A DNA stretch of 64,000 nucleotides, taken from contig NC_057717.1 in NCBI RefSeq assembly GCF_004010195.1, forward strand, positions 32,353,218 to 32,417,217. The letters run 5' to 3'. Shown here piece by piece: positions 11,885-24,773 of the stretch (within the stretch, counting starts at the first letter, position 1; each line of letters begins with the position of its first letter). The translations under genes were made by a program, and so were the position numbers. The notes below the pieces were generated by a model. It worked only from the letters and a program-made list of their open reading frames with translations, was not told where the DNA came from and made no database searches. Source of the DNA: Chiloscyllium plagiosum (lineage: Eukaryota).

Positions 11885-12375
11885 CATTATTTATAACAGC
11901 ACAGGAAAAAGGCCCTTTTGTCCATCCAGTCCACACACATCAATAACAGCCACCTAACTATTCCAATCTCATGTGCCAGTACTTGATCCATGCCTTGTGT
12001 GACTTGCCTTTGCAAGGATGCATCTAAATTCTTCATACTTATTATGAGGGTCTCAGTCTCTACATGACTTATCGGCACTGAGCTCCAGACTCACACTACC
12101 CTCTGTTTGATTTTGTTTTCCCCGAGATCCGCTCTCAACCTCCTGGCATTACCTTCACCCTGTGCTCCTGAGGCATTGATCTCTCCATCAAAGGGAAATG
12201 ATTTGTAAAGTTTACCTCGTCTATGCCTAAAATAATTCCAGACATCATGATAATCTTCTCCCTAATTCTCTTCTGCTCCAAGGAAGACCCATGTCTATCT
12301 TATCTAGTTTCATAACTAAAACACTACAACCCAGGCAAAATCCTGGCAAATCTCATCAATGCTGCCTTCAGTGTA
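11885..12375 (-). mobile_element. Old CR1 3' fragment in the CH1-CH2 intron
   Basis: Degenerate minus-strand CR1 3' UTR/C-terminal DNA (GGCCCTTTTGTCCATCCAGTCC..., CCAGGCAAAATCCTGG). Confidence 0.65.
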
Positions 12376-12382
12376 ATCACAT

Positions 12383-13702
12383 TCATAGAGTAATAGTGAT
12401 GTACAGCGTGGAGACAGACCTTTTGGTCCGACCCGTCTTTGCCGACCAGTTATCCCAATCCAATCTAGTCCCACCTACGAGCACCCGGCCCATATCCCTC
12501 CAAACTCTTCCTATTCATATACCCATCCAAATTCCTCTTAAATGTTGCAATTGTACCAGCCTCCACCACTTCCTCTGGCAACTCATTTCATACACGTCTC
12601 ATCCTGTGAATAAGTTGCCCGGTAGGTCTCTTTTATATCTTTCCCCTCTCACCCTATCCCTATGCTGTCTAGTTCTGTAAACTCTGACCCCAGGGAAAAG
12701 ACTTTGTGTATTTACCCTATACATGCCCCTCATAATTTTGTAAACCTCTATAAGGTTACCCTTCAGCCTCCGACAGTCCAGGGCAAACAGTACCAACCTG
12801 GTCAGCCTCTCCCTATAGCTGAAATCCTCCAACCCCGGCAACATCCTCAAAAATCTTTTCTGAGCCCTTTCATGTTTCACCACATCTTTCCGATAGGAAG
12901 GAGACGAGAATTGCACGCAATATTCCAACAGTGGCCTCACCAATGTCCTGTACAGCCGCAACATGACCTCCCAACACCTGTACTCAATACTCTGACCAAA
13001 AAAGGAAAGCATATGAAATGCCGACTTCACTATCCTATCAATCTGCAACTCAACTTTCAAGGAGCTTTGAACCTGCACTCCAAGGTCTCTTTGTTCAGCA
13101 ATACTCCCTAGGACCTTACCATTAAGTGTATAAGTCCTGCTAAGATTTGCTTTCCCAAAATGCAGCACCTCGCATTTATCTGAATTCAACTCCATCTGCC
13201 TTTTCTCAGCCCATTAGCCCATCTGGTCAAGATCCTGTTGTAATCTGAGGTAACCGTCTTCGCTCTGCACTTCACCTCCATTTTTGGTGTCATCTTCAAA
13301 CGTACTAACTGTACTTCTTATGCTCGCATCGTGGGCGGCACGGTGGCACAGTGGTTAGCACTGCTGCCTCACAGCGCCTGAGACCCGGGTTCAATTCCCG
13401 CCTCAGGCGACTGACTGTGTGGAGTTTGCACGTTCTCCCCGTGTCTGCGTGGGTTTCCTCCGGGTGCTCCGGTTTCCTCCCACAGTCCAAAAGATGTGCA
13501 GGGTCAGGTGAATTGGCCATGCTAAATTGCCCGTAGTGTTAGGTAAGGGGAAAATGTAGGGGTATGGGTGGGTTTCGCTTCGGCGGGTCGGTGTGGACTT
13601 GTTGGGCCGAAGGGCCTGTTTCCACACTGTAATGTAATGTAATCTAATCTAATCTAAAAAAATCATTTTTGTAAATGACAGAAAGTAGAGGGCCCAGCAC
13701 TG
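12383..13702 (-). mobile_element. CR1 LINE RT C-terminus and 3' end, interrupted by an HE1 SINE
   Basis: Minus ORF 12599-13195 MELNSDKCEVLHFG...RDLGVQV...LYRTLVRPLLEYCVQF...RRLKGNLIEVYKIM; the RT DNA resumes after the SINE at ~13660. Confidence 0.92.
13331..13662 (+). mobile_element. HE1-like (V-SINE) SINE, full length and young
   Basis: A box GGTGGCACAGTGG, B box GGTTCAATTCC, V-domain GTGTGGAGTTTGCACGTTCTCCCCGTGTCTGCGTGGGTTTCCTCCGGGTGCTCCGGTTTCCTCCCACAGTCC, CR1-derived tail and (TAATC)n end. Confidence 0.95.
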
Positions 13703-13829
13703 TACATGATCCCTACCTTAGATTTTCTTGTAAACATTGTCACTGAAACAGCACAAATCACCAGGAGAGCAAACAGCACCCAATGTATAACACTGTAAGT
13801 CCTTCAATAACATGCACACAACGCTTCAG

Positions 13830-16450
13830 TATGGTACGGCCTAACCTGAGTTTGATTAAGTTCCAGTATCATTCCCCTACTCTTCATTGTAAATGTCTCG
13901 GATAATAGAGATGTACCCAACCTTCTTCGCCTCTTTATCCTGACGACACAGTACTATAGGGGATAGGTGAGTATGTACATCAAAGATCCTCAGTCCTTTC
14001 CAGGGTTCCACCATTCAAAGCATAATACCTCACAGTTTCTTCTGCCGAATATAATCACCTTACATTTATCCAGAATGATTTCCATTTGCAACTTCTCTTC
14101 ACATGTAACCAATCCTTGTATATCCTCCTGCAATCTAAAGCCATTATGCTCATGACTTAACAACATGACAAGTTTCCTTTCATCTGTGAATTTACTGGTT
14201 AACCCTCCTACATTTGAGTCTTAATCATTGGTATATAAGAGAAACAGCAAGGAGATCAACACCAATCCCTGCAGAACACCACGAGAAATAGATTTCCATT
14301 CACGCAAATACCCTATGACCATTATCTCCTGCTCCCACCACTCAGCCACTTCTAGATCCGATCTGTCAAATTAGCTCGTATCCCATTGGCTCTGATTATT
14401 GCTCTCATCTGGACATCGAGCTATCTCTCTGAAAACTACCATCAAATTATTATACATGCCTTCTTCTCAATAAAACCGTGCTGAAAATTGTTGATTGATC
14501 TTCCAAATGAAGACTAATTCCGTTTCTCAATAGTTCCAATAGTTTCCTTACCACTGAGACTAGCTTGACAAATCTGTGTTTTCATTGTTTATCCCTTCTT
14601 TCGTCCTCCATAACAGTGCAACGTTGGCTGATCTACACTCACTTGGCACATCTGCTATGGCCAGACAGTAATTCTAAATTATTGTCAGCGACCCAACTAT
14701 TTCATCCTTTGCATCACTCAACAGCTTGGTATACATTTCATCTGCCCTGGAAATATCACCACTTTTCATCCAGCAAGACAACACAGAACATCACATCATG
14801 TGCCCTAATTTCTGAAAGTACGTCACAAAACTCCTCTATGATTTCTGTCCCCACATTGACCCTCTTACTAGTGAACACTGACACAACACATTCGTTTCGA
14901 CCGAAACCTAATCGTCTGGCTCCACTCCAGTAATAACATTTAATGGGCATTACTGTTTCCCCAATTAGTCTTTTACTATGAATGAGCCTGTAACTTTTAA
15001 AAGTATTTTCCTTTATTTTGACTGCTGTTATTTGCTCATGGTCCCTTTTGCTCTCCTAATACCTCTTTCTTTCAAACTCCCCCTTTTACGTTCTGTACTC
15101 CAGAATAGTTTCTCTTGTTTTGAGATTTCAGTATAGACCGGAAGTCTCCCTTGTTTCTCTTTATCTCACCCTCCATGCCCTTTGTTCCAGAGCCCGCTAC
15201 ATTCTTAGTCCCACGCAGTGGCTTCCTGGGAAATGACCTCCCTGTGCGTTTCTTATTTCTTTCTTAAATGTGTCACACTGCTCTGATTTAGATTAGATTT
15301 CTTACAGTGTGGAAACAGGCCTTTCGGCCCAACAGTCCACACCGACCCTCCGAAGAGCATCTCACCCAGACCCATTCCCCTACATTTACCCCATCACCTA
15401 ACACTACGAGCAATTTAACATGGCGAATGCACCTAACCTGCAAATTGTTTGGACTGTGGGAGGAAACTGGAGCACCCGGAGGAAACCCACGCAGACACAG
15501 GGAGAATGTGCAAACTGAGGCGGGAATTGAACCCGGGTCTCTGGCGCTGTGAGGCAGCAGTGCTAACCACTGTGCCACCGTGCCGCCCACTCTGGTCCAG
15601 CTTCCAGTCCACTCTGGTCAAATCATTACCTGATCTTATTAACATTGTCCTTCCCCTTCAGAACTTTGGGCCAATTTCAATCACTTTCCAGAGCAATCTG
15701 GAATCCAACAGATTTATGATCACTGTCTGCACCGTCCATTGATGTTTTACCCACTGTGTCGACTTCATTCCCGAAAGTTAAGTCAAGGTTCACCCCTCTC
15801 TTGCAAAGTCTGGATTAAAATTCTCTGTATTAAACACATACTTTGTTAAAATATTCTCCAAGGGGCATGTTCAGAATTCTGCTCCCTCTAAATTTTTGTC
15901 AAAAATGAATATCCAAGCCTACGCTGAGGAAGTTAAAAACCTCTGTTCTCATTCCCCTATTTAATTTACGATTCTCTGAAATTTGCCCGTATATTTGCAC
16001 TTGGTCTTTTGGACGTCCAGTAAGGTCTATCGTGCTCTCCCAGTCGTTATGTTTGCTGTATTTTGGTTTTGAATTACTGTCCATTTGCCTTTGTTCGAGG
16101 AGGTAACCATGATTTCATTTCTCTTTACAGCCTAAAATACTCTTGTCAGAATTGCGACAGAAGCAACATTCTGTACCGCACACCCCCGCTCCCATCCTTT
16201 TCCATATTTCCCTATCTCGCCTGAAGGCACTAAATCCTGGAATATTGAACAGTCACTCCTGCACCACTCTCAATATGTCTCCGTGATAGCAACCGCATAA
16301 TTTCCTCATTTATGCGGGTAACTCATCTGCCTTCTTCATCAGACTCTGTCATTAAAACGAATACCATCCAACGTTGCATCTCCCTTCTGTTTTAAGCGGC
16401 CTATAGTTCCCATGCCTCCTTGACTCCCTTGCTGTGTCCTATAATTTTAG
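13830..16450 (-). mobile_element. Old, highly degenerate CR1-type LINE ORF2 remnant
   Basis: Minus-strand traces of RT/endonuclease DNA (e.g. NECVVSVFT..., CCAGGATTTAGTGCCTTCAGGCGAGATAGGG); many stops and frameshifts. Confidence 0.6.
15288..15590 (-). mobile_element. HE1-like SINE
   Basis: Reverse complement of the 13331 element, with (CTAAT)n tail and tRNA-like head. Confidence 0.93.
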
Positions 16451-16616
16451 CCTTTCACATTGTCCTGCTGATCTTTCGATATGGATCCCAGCTTCTCCAG
16501 CACTCTGCATAATTATGATTCTTGTATCCATTAGCCACAAGAAACATTGATATATGAGAACTGTTTGTATTTGTTATGAAATTCGCCAGATAATTTATGC
16601 GATGTGTTTCCTAAAG

Positions 16617-16928
16617 GTCCAGATATTCTTCAAACAACTCTTCTCCTAACTGTGAGCTCCAGTGAAGAAATCGCAAGCAGCAAGTTTGCAATTGTCGTCT
16701 GTTCAATCATCGAGTTCCATCCGAAGTCAATCTCCGTGAGTTGGTTGACAAATGGCCGACCCTTGGATTCTGGCTTCTTCACGTCTCCCGTGTGTGAGGC
16801 AAACGGGAACTTCTCGGTGACGAGTCGGCTGATGGTCCTTTATGGTGAATGGTTCAACAGCGCAGTCTATACCTGCTAGGTAACTCATGGAGAGAACATT
16901 CAAAGTAAAAACATCACCGCACTCCAGG
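16617..16928 (+). pseudogene. IGHM: Ig mu constant exon CH2 with premature stop TAG at 16877-16879
   Basis: aaag|GT acceptor, CAG G|GTAAC donor. [44 protein letters not shown]...FSVTSRL...[26 protein letters not shown]; the C1-set pattern continues in frame past the stop. Confidence 0.92.
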
Positions 16929-17269
16929 GTAACAGACACATACTGAGAGAGCTACAAATTATTCTGAACTCTGATGTGAATCAAACACACTAATTTATCA
17001 GGCGTAGTAAACAGCACAATACAGCTTCTCATTTCCCAACATGCCACGTACCTCATTTCAGTTTGAGTGTTACATTAGCATTGCTCATAATTCAACATTT
17101 TGGCAAGTCAGAAAAGCATGTTTCCTCTCTGAAGAAAGATATATATATAAACAGTGAGCTTTGTTAAATAGTTTGTTGCCTGACCATGCTGGGAGCGGCA
17201 TTCAGAGTGCTGAATCCTTGCCTGGTAGCCGCTTCAAGGATAAGGTTGGGGGTGGAGGGGGGGCTTTTG

Positions 17270-17675
17270 GAGAGATATCTGATTGAAACATAGAAAATAC
17301 TGAGAGACTGAGGTCGAGTTAACGTGGAATAGATGTTTTGACTGGTAGGTGAGACTAGGACCCAAGGGCAAAGTCTTAGGGTCAAAGGGGCACAGTTTAG
17401 AACTGAGACGGTGAGGAATTTCTTCAGCCAGAGGGTGATGAGTCTGTGGAACTTGTTGCTGCAGAGGGCTGTGGAGGCAAGGCCATTGTGTGTAATCAAG
17501 CCAGAGTTAGATCGGCTCTTGTTTAGTACGGGGAGAAGGTAGGAGAATGGTTTTAGCCCGAAACGTCGATTTTCCTGCTCGTCGGATGCTGCCTGACCTG
17601 CTGTGCTTTTCCAGCACCATTCTGATCGAAACTCAGGATTGGCCGAACAGCCTTATTCTGATCCTCTATCTTATG
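17270..17675 (+). mobile_element. CR1 3' fragment containing a short Penelope-end-like insert (~17551-17620)
   Basis: GATCTGATTGAAAC.TA.AAAAT-like DNA, AGGAATTTCTTCAGCCAGAGGGTG; insert CCCGAAACGTCGATTTTCCTGCTC..GGATGCTGCCTGACCTGCTGTGC. Confidence 0.75.
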
Positions 17676-18902
17676 ATGTTGTGGTCTCAAAATGACGTGG
17701 TTAAAATATGCAGTGACCCTCACTTGACAATAAATCAAAATGCGTTCAATGTTTCATTCCCTGCTCAGGAATGATCTGTTGGCCTTGGACATTGTACGAC
17801 ATCGATTTATATCTGGTACTGAGCTCTTTAACTTCATTCATGGAACCAGACCACAGAACAAGTGGGTGTCACATTTGATTAACTGGGATTAATGTGATCT
17901 CACTGAACTTCTTTAAGATGCTCTATGTAATTAGTGGATGAGGCAGTAGAATAAATTCTGGTAAGAATGCTACAATAGGGATGAATGAACTGGGAACTCG
18001 AGACAGGCTGATTTCGCCTGGTTTGGGGTGGCGATGTTTACACAGTGAGTAGTGGATGTCTATAAAACTGGTGCACATTTCCATCGCATTTGTAGATTAA
18101 TTTAAGACGCTTTTGCTTGTGTTTTTCTCCCCTGTTCTATGAAGAAATTAAAAAATGTAGCTTGGTAAATAAAGTGAAAGTAAAGACCAGTTATAAACTA
18201 ACTGAATTGAAGGAAAGTCTTAAGGATATGGGTGTCCTTCTCGATATCCAATGCAGCACTCAGTGTCTTGTTTTCAGATCCACTCCAAAGTCAGCCCACG
18301 AGGAACAAAGACATAAATTAGAGGATGACATCACACCAATAATGCAAAGTATTTCTGATCACATTAAATACAATGAACAGAATTTCCATGGCTGTTCACC
18401 GCTCCTGTAACGCTTTAGAACTCTGCAAAGAGAATAATTATTATTTATTATAATTTGTTCAAAATTTGGGATGTGATTTGGCAGTCAGCATGACCAGCAG
18501 CATTTGCACCTTAGGGTTATGAACGTGGAAATTAACTCATTATATTCAGATTACTCTTGTCACAAGTATCAATAGATGGTGTTAAGTGAGAGACAAACTC
18601 TGGTGGAAAGGTAATTCCATGGGTTACATTATGGTATTTTCGATGATTTTACTTTTTTCACAGGTTTCACTTGTTAAAAAAGCCAGTCTTCTTCAGGAAT
18701 AATTACACAGGATATGTCATAGGTAATCACAAATGCGTTCACGAATCAAAATACATCATCAATAGTAAGCATCGTTTCAGCAATAGTTGGAGTTGCCATT
18801 TTGAAGATGGTGTCTTCACCCTGTGAAGAAGTAATCTGAAGATTGGATGTTTGTATCATAAAGAGGCATTTTTGATTGACTTTGATTTTTGTTTCATCGA
18901 AG

Positions 18903-19208
18903 ATACCGAGTGCCACCCTAACACCATTAAAATCCTCCCACCGCCAGTAGAACAAGTCTTACTGGAGGCGATGGTGACGTTAACCTGCGTTGTATCCAAT
19001 CTTCCTTCTGGAGTTAACGTTCCCTGCACACAAGAAAAGAAACCTCTGAAATCAGAGATTGCTGACCAGCCTTGGCAGAATCCCGACAGCTTGATCAGCA
19101 ATTTAGACATTTCTACTGAAGCCTGGCTGAGTGCCGTTACTTTTGAATGTGTGGCGTGCCATCAGAATCTACCGACTCTGCTGAGGGACTCCATCCACAA
19201 GGAGAAAG
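18903..19208 (+). pseudogene. IGHM: Ig mu constant exon CH3; conserved Trp replaced by Cys
   Basis: gaag|AT acceptor, AAA G|GTGAG donor. [53 protein letters not shown]...[25 protein letters not shown]; VNVPC replaces the expected VNVSW. Confidence 0.92.
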
Positions 19209-19667
19209 GTGAGCGGTGAGATTAAAACACAAAGCATCCCATGTGTAATCCAGATCGAGTTACATCAATGACAGGCTTTGATTGGTAATGAACAAACAAA
19301 CGTTGGGGGCATTAATGATGCATCTGAAGGCATGATAGCTAAGTAGCTGATTAAGAAAAAGATGTACCAAAGGATATTGTATTCTGATTAAGTCAGATAA
19401 GGTGGGAAGAAACCTTGGTTGTGACGTCACCATCAGCAATGACAATTGGACAGAATGCCCTTGTTGTGGGCTGGAAACATGGAGGCAACTTTCACATTAA
19501 ACTTTACTTTTTTTTTACTGAACAGAATGTGTACCATTCTGCTCCTTTAGAAAAAGGAAGTGAATAAATCCCAAATTAAAAATGTCGGTATTTTAATATT
19601 TCGTGAAATTGTGATATTGGTTCTGGATTTTTAAATTTGATATATAATTGTCGCAAATACTCTGAGG

Positions 19668-20041
19668 TGATTAATCCGCTGGAGCCATCAGTGTCGGTCC
19701 TCCTGCCACCAACAGAAGAAATCTCCGCTCAGAGGTTTCTCTCCCTCACATGTTTAGTGAGAGGTTTCTCCCCCCGAGAGATCTTCATCAAGTGGACAAA
19801 TCCCAGTATCTACAAGAACACCGAAGTGATGGCGGAGAGTGACAACACCTCCTTCTTCATGTACAGCCTGTTATCCCTTACAGCGGAGGAGTGGGCCAGC
19901 GGTGCTTCTTACTCCTGTGTGGTGGGACATGAAGCGATTCCATTGAAGATCATCAACAGAACAGTCGATAGATCCAGCGGTAAACCGAGTTTCGTAAACA
20001 GTTCACTTGCACTGATGGACACTGTTAATTCATGTCAATAA
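19668..20041 (+). pseudogene. IGHM: Ig mu constant exon CH4 plus secretory tail
   Basis: [95 protein letters not shown]; penultimate tail Cys; internal membrane-form donor G|GTAAA at 19980; the in-phase acceptor reads GG, not AG. Confidence 0.93.
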
Positions 20042-20083
20042 AAATCTGAAAGTGGCATTTAATAATTCAAAAGAAGTAATAAA
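20037..20083 (+). terminator. Secretory-form polyadenylation signals (AATAAA at 20037-20042 and 20078-20083)
   Basis: Two AATAAA hexamers at and just after the secretory stop codon, followed by T/GT-rich sequence. Confidence 0.7.
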
Positions 20084-21199
20084 GGATTTTTTTCTTCTAG
20101 TTGTGAGTTCAATACTGAATTAATTGTTTCACACTCTGACTTACATTCTATCTGTGTAGTTAAAGTGGATTATTAACAGGTCTAGGACGAGTGTATTGCG
20201 CAGTTAATGTTCTCTGCTCAGATACACCCTGGGTCAGAGACAGAGTAAAACTCACTCATTGCAGGATTCCGCCAAGTACCTTATCCATCTTAAATCCCTC
20301 TGTGACAAAATCTGACAATGTCCATCTTATGTCAAGCGTAGAGCACGAGTTTTGAACTTGTTGCTCTTGATTCCTCCGATTGGACATTCTTACAAAATTC
20401 ATGTCAGTTTTAAACTGCCACATTGCACCATTTGGAAATGTAAATATAAGACACTTCAAAATTAAATTTGATTGGAACATACCAATCGTAAAGAGTGCAG
20501 AGCAGTTTAACTGTAACCTTTGTTTCTGGGGAACTGCCAGGGATCTTTCGCCAGCGCATGGGTTGACAGAACGTATCTTCACTTTCACACCAAAGAGAAT
20601 CGATAGATAAGTTGTTGTGGAGCGGAGGGGAGGGGAACGATGAATGGTCTGTCCTCTTGCTCCCTGTGCAGAGCTTTCAAGGTCGATGTCCTCTGAAATG
20701 TAACCCAGTTGCTAACAGGAACAGTCAGCTTCTTGCTTACTGTCCGAAGATTGAAAATTTCCAGGCAAAATAATACCTTTGAAACAGGTTAGACAAGCGT
20801 GGACCTGTTATAAAATGATTAACATTGACTCCCATAATCTAAAACTAGTGTTTGCATCGTCCTGGTTTGAATTCCATAGTTTTGTCTTAGTTTTATGCAG
20901 CACATGGGATCAATTCTGGTATTCGAGCACCTGATATCATTTTGTTTCACATACAGAACACAAGTAGATATTTTCTGATAAACATATTCAGAAATGTTAT
21001 CTCTGGGGCAGTGGAGATTTGAACTCAGGCCTTTTGTCTCAGAGACAGAAATTTAATCATTGCAACAGTAGAGTTGATCATAAAACGCTTATCACTCCAC
21101 AACGATGGGAAATGTTTCCTACAATACCAAGGTCAGATCTAATTGTAAGCAATCCATTAAAATTAGAACAATAAATTAGAATAATAAAAATGGCAGTCT

Positions 21200-22350
21200 G
21201 GTAAAAGAGCAGAAACACACACAGACACAGAGAGATGATCACAAATACACATGCAAAGACACATATACAGGCTCTCACCTAAAGACATATTTATGTGCAC
21301 ACTCAAATGTGCATATAGATAAGACGTCACACACGCATACTCGCACAGAATCACACAGCAAGTTCTACTTGAACACTCACCTAAGCTCTTGCAACAACTT
21401 ACATACACCGAAAGGAAAGCATTTGCACAAATGAACAGGGGTACTCACACATAACCATAAGAAACATAGACACACGTTAACACACAAACGGGCATGAGTA
21501 CATATACATTCATACAGCACAATGCGTACAGACATACACACATGAACACACAGATACAAATTCCGAAAAATGTCCTCCCACATGTCGACTTACACAGGCA
21601 CGTAGGTGCACAGAGATAAGCATTAATATCATTATTTTGCCATTTTCAGAATCACAAACATACGATGACAGAGGCAGCTTAATTGGTTGTTTTTAAGCCA
21701 CATTGATCAGCATGTATACAATGTCATACGTACACACAAATTCAGAGTCTCACATGCAGACACACAAGTGCATAGGTCAACAAATGGAGAGGACGTTTAT
21801 TAAATAAGGATAATGGGCACAAGCATCAGCAAGCATCAACAAACAATAACACAAACAAGCTTATCAGGAGATGGTTTGGGAAAGATTGCCACATAAGCAG
21901 ACATCATCATATAAATATAAAAATTCATCAAAACATGACATTGCATACTGACATTTATTAAGCATAAAGATGAAAATAACCTAGTGTAGGTAGGATCTGA
22001 AACAGACACATAAGCACACATTTTAGATAGCACTAATGAAAAGTGAACACTCACAAAGACATTGGAAGATAAGCATAGGCAGCAACGAAGTGGCATATTA
22101 GAATGATGATACTTACACAATGTGAAAAGACCAAAATTTAGGTACACAAACACATGAGCACACCAGCAGTAAAGGAACAGGAATATGTTTATTCATGCAC
22201 AGACTCCAACATGGGCAAGAGTGAAGTAAGAGACACTCATAACCACATGCAGAAACATTAAAGGAAAACCAAACACACCAAGCATAGATCAAAAACATTA
22301 AGGGACACATGCATAAAAACTTATTTCTAAATATACAGATCCTACAAACA
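21200..22350. repeat. Degenerate (CA)-rich low-complexity tract in the CH4-TM intron
   Basis: Abundant ACAC/ACAT motifs; produces Cys/Val-rich spurious minus-strand ORFs. Confidence 0.75.
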
Positions 22351-22682
22351 AAAATGTTAAGCAATATTCTGACTGTGGTGTCACTTATATTCATGATTTG
22401 CCAAGCAATTGGTCACCAATACATAAAGATGAGAATCACATTTGAACTTTTGTTCAGTGATGGCCACAATTTTCAACTAAAGTGCTGTCGCAGCCTATAT
22501 TTAAAATATAATGATTTAATTAAAATAATCATTCGTAATAAGCATTCCTCAAATAATAATATCCTTAAATAATAGATTAAAAGAAAAAAAATAAAATGTT
22601 CTGACATGGACAATGAAGAAAGAACATGTGCAGTTAGTATTTGTAATTTCTTGCTGAGAATCAATAATGTACTAATAGATAC

Positions 22683-23927
22683 AGATAGTCAGCATGGTTT
22701 TGTGAAGAGCAGGTCGTGCCTCACAAACCTTATTGAATTCTTTGAGAAGGTGACTAAGGAGGTGGACGAGGGTAAAGCGATAGATGTAGTGTATATGGAT
22801 TTTAGTAAGGCGTTTGATCAGGTTCCCCATGGTAGGCTCTGCAAAAAAAAACGGAGGTATGGCATTGAGGGTGAGTTGGAGGTTTGGATTAGGAATTGGC
22901 TGGCTGGAAGATGACAGAGGGTAGTAGTTGATGGTAAAGTTTCATCTTGGAGTGCAGTTACAAGGATCTGTTTAGGGACCATTGCTTTTTATCATTTTTA
23001 TAAATGATCTGGAGGAGAGGCTAGAAGGTTGGGTGAGCAAATTTGCGGATGATACGAAAGTCGGAGGTGTTGTTGACAGTGATGAAGGATGTGTCATGTT
23101 ACAGCGGGATATAGATAAGCTGCAGAGCTGGGCAGAAAGGTGGCGAATGGAGTTCAATGTGGATAAGTGTGAGGTGATTCACTTTGGTATGAGTAACAAA
23201 AAGATGGGGTACTGGGCTAATGGTCAGATACTTGGTAGTGTGGAAGAGCAGAGGGATCGTGGTGTCCATGTACACAGATCTCTGAAAGTTGCCACCCAGG
23301 TAAATAGTGCGGTGAAGAAGGCATATGGCGTACTGGCTTTTATTGGTAGAGGAATTGAGTTCCGGAGTCCTGAGGTCATGTTGCAGTTGAATAAGACTCT
23401 GGTGCGGCCGCATCTGGAGTAATGTGTGCAGTTTTGGTCGCCATAGTATCGGAAGGATGTGGAGGCACTGGAACTGGTGCAGAGGAGGTTTACCAGGATG
23501 TTGCCTGGTATGGTAGGAAGATCGTATGAGGAAAGGCTGAGGCACTTGGGGCTGTTTTCATTGGAGAAAAGAAGGTTTACGGGTGACTTGATAGAAGTGT
23601 ACAAGATGGTTAGCGGTTTAGATAGGGTTGACCATGAGAACATTTTTCCACGTATGGAGTCAGCTATTACTAGGGGGCATAGCTTTAAATTAAGGGGTGG
23701 TAGATGTACGACAGATGTTAGGGGTAGATTCTTTACTCAGCGAATCGTGAATTCATGGAATGCCCTGCCAGTAGCAGTGGTGGATTCTCCCTCTTTATGG
23801 GCATTTAAATTGGCATTGGATAGGCATATGGAGGATAGTGGGCTAGTGTAGGTTAGGTGAGCTTGGAGCGGCGCAACATCGAGGGCCAAAGGGCCTGTTC
23901 TGCGCTGTATTCTTCTATGTTCTATGT
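22683..23927 (+). mobile_element. 5'-truncated CR1 LINE (RT to 3' end), relatively young
   Basis: SQHGFVKSRSCLTNLIEFFE, YMDFSKAFD, FINDL...KFADDTK, RPHLE, WNALP; tail TTCTATGTTCTATGTTC. Confidence 0.95.
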
Positions 23928-24067
23928 TCGAGATAAGAGTCACATTTAAGAAATACCTGACTGCTTTATGAAGATGTAATGATCTCTAATTACATGACTA
24001 GGATGCAGATAGATCGATCTGGATCAATAAACAATCTAAGTAAGTTCTCTCGACTTTATATTCATAC

Positions 24068-24195
24068 ATTCAATAGATCGCACTTGGATTGAAGACTATG
24101 AGGATGATAACAGCAACATCTGGCCAACTGCTTCCACGTTCATCACCTTGTTCTTCCTGAGTATTTTCTACAGCGCTGCCGTCACTCTGGTGAAG
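24068..24195 (+). pseudogene. IGHM: Ig mu transmembrane exon TM1
   Basis: (D)SIDRTWIEDYEDDNSNIWPTASTFITLFFLSIFYSAAVTLVK with the antigen-receptor TM motif (F..LF.LS.FYS..VT); AAG|GTGAGA donor. The expected acceptor reads AC (24066-67); an in-frame AG lies at 24075-76. Confidence 0.92.
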
Positions 24196-24334
24196 GTGAG
24201 AATAATCACAACTTTCTCACGCCAAGCAGCCCAATATGTTTTGTGAAATCTCTAAATGTGCCATTAAATAAACCTCAAATCTGAAAGTCCCTGATCATAA
24301 ATATCTGCGTCATTGCTTCATTTCTCTTTTCCAG

Positions 24335-24343
24335 GTAAAGTGA
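24335..24343 (+). pseudogene. IGHM: Ig mu TM2 exon (VK-stop)
   Basis: Polypyrimidine tract TTTCTCTTTTCCAG then GTA AAG TGA, completing the canonical KVK cytoplasmic tail. Confidence 0.88.
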
Positions 24344-24773
24344 ATGAGTTGTGGACCCCTTTGATTTTCCTGCTCTGCTTATCAAGGTCTCTGAATTCCC
24401 AGTCTACAATCTGCCCTGTTGCTGACTCTATCAGTGAGATTACTTCAGTTTATCAGCGTGTAACTGAGACAATTATTGATGGATTTTCGTTTTTACTTTG
24501 ATGTCTTTGAGATGGTTGTGGTTGGGAGAATTTGTAGCTTCCCAGTTGTTTGAAGCCCATTTGTTTTGTTTTTTAATTGTTCCTTATTCAGAATGGTTGC
24601 CTACCCTTTCTGATGAGCCTTTGTATTTCCTTTCTTGTGATTGTTACTGATGTACAGAAACTTCCCACCTCACAGCGCATGTGTTCTCGTCTCAATGTGG
24701 CATCCAGCCATTATATTCACTTCTGTTAGCTTTGACATAAATTCTTTGGGTAAAAATGTTTTCTGAAATGGCT

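Noticed and set aside
13331-13410. tRNA-like sequence with A and B boxes
   Set aside because: It is the tRNA-derived head of an HE1 SINE, continuing into the V-domain and CR1-like tail; not a tRNA gene.
18041-18070. CACAGTG followed by an A-rich 9-mer (cryptic RSS)
   Set aside because: Nonamer match is poor and off-spacing; intronic, with no adjacent coding segment.
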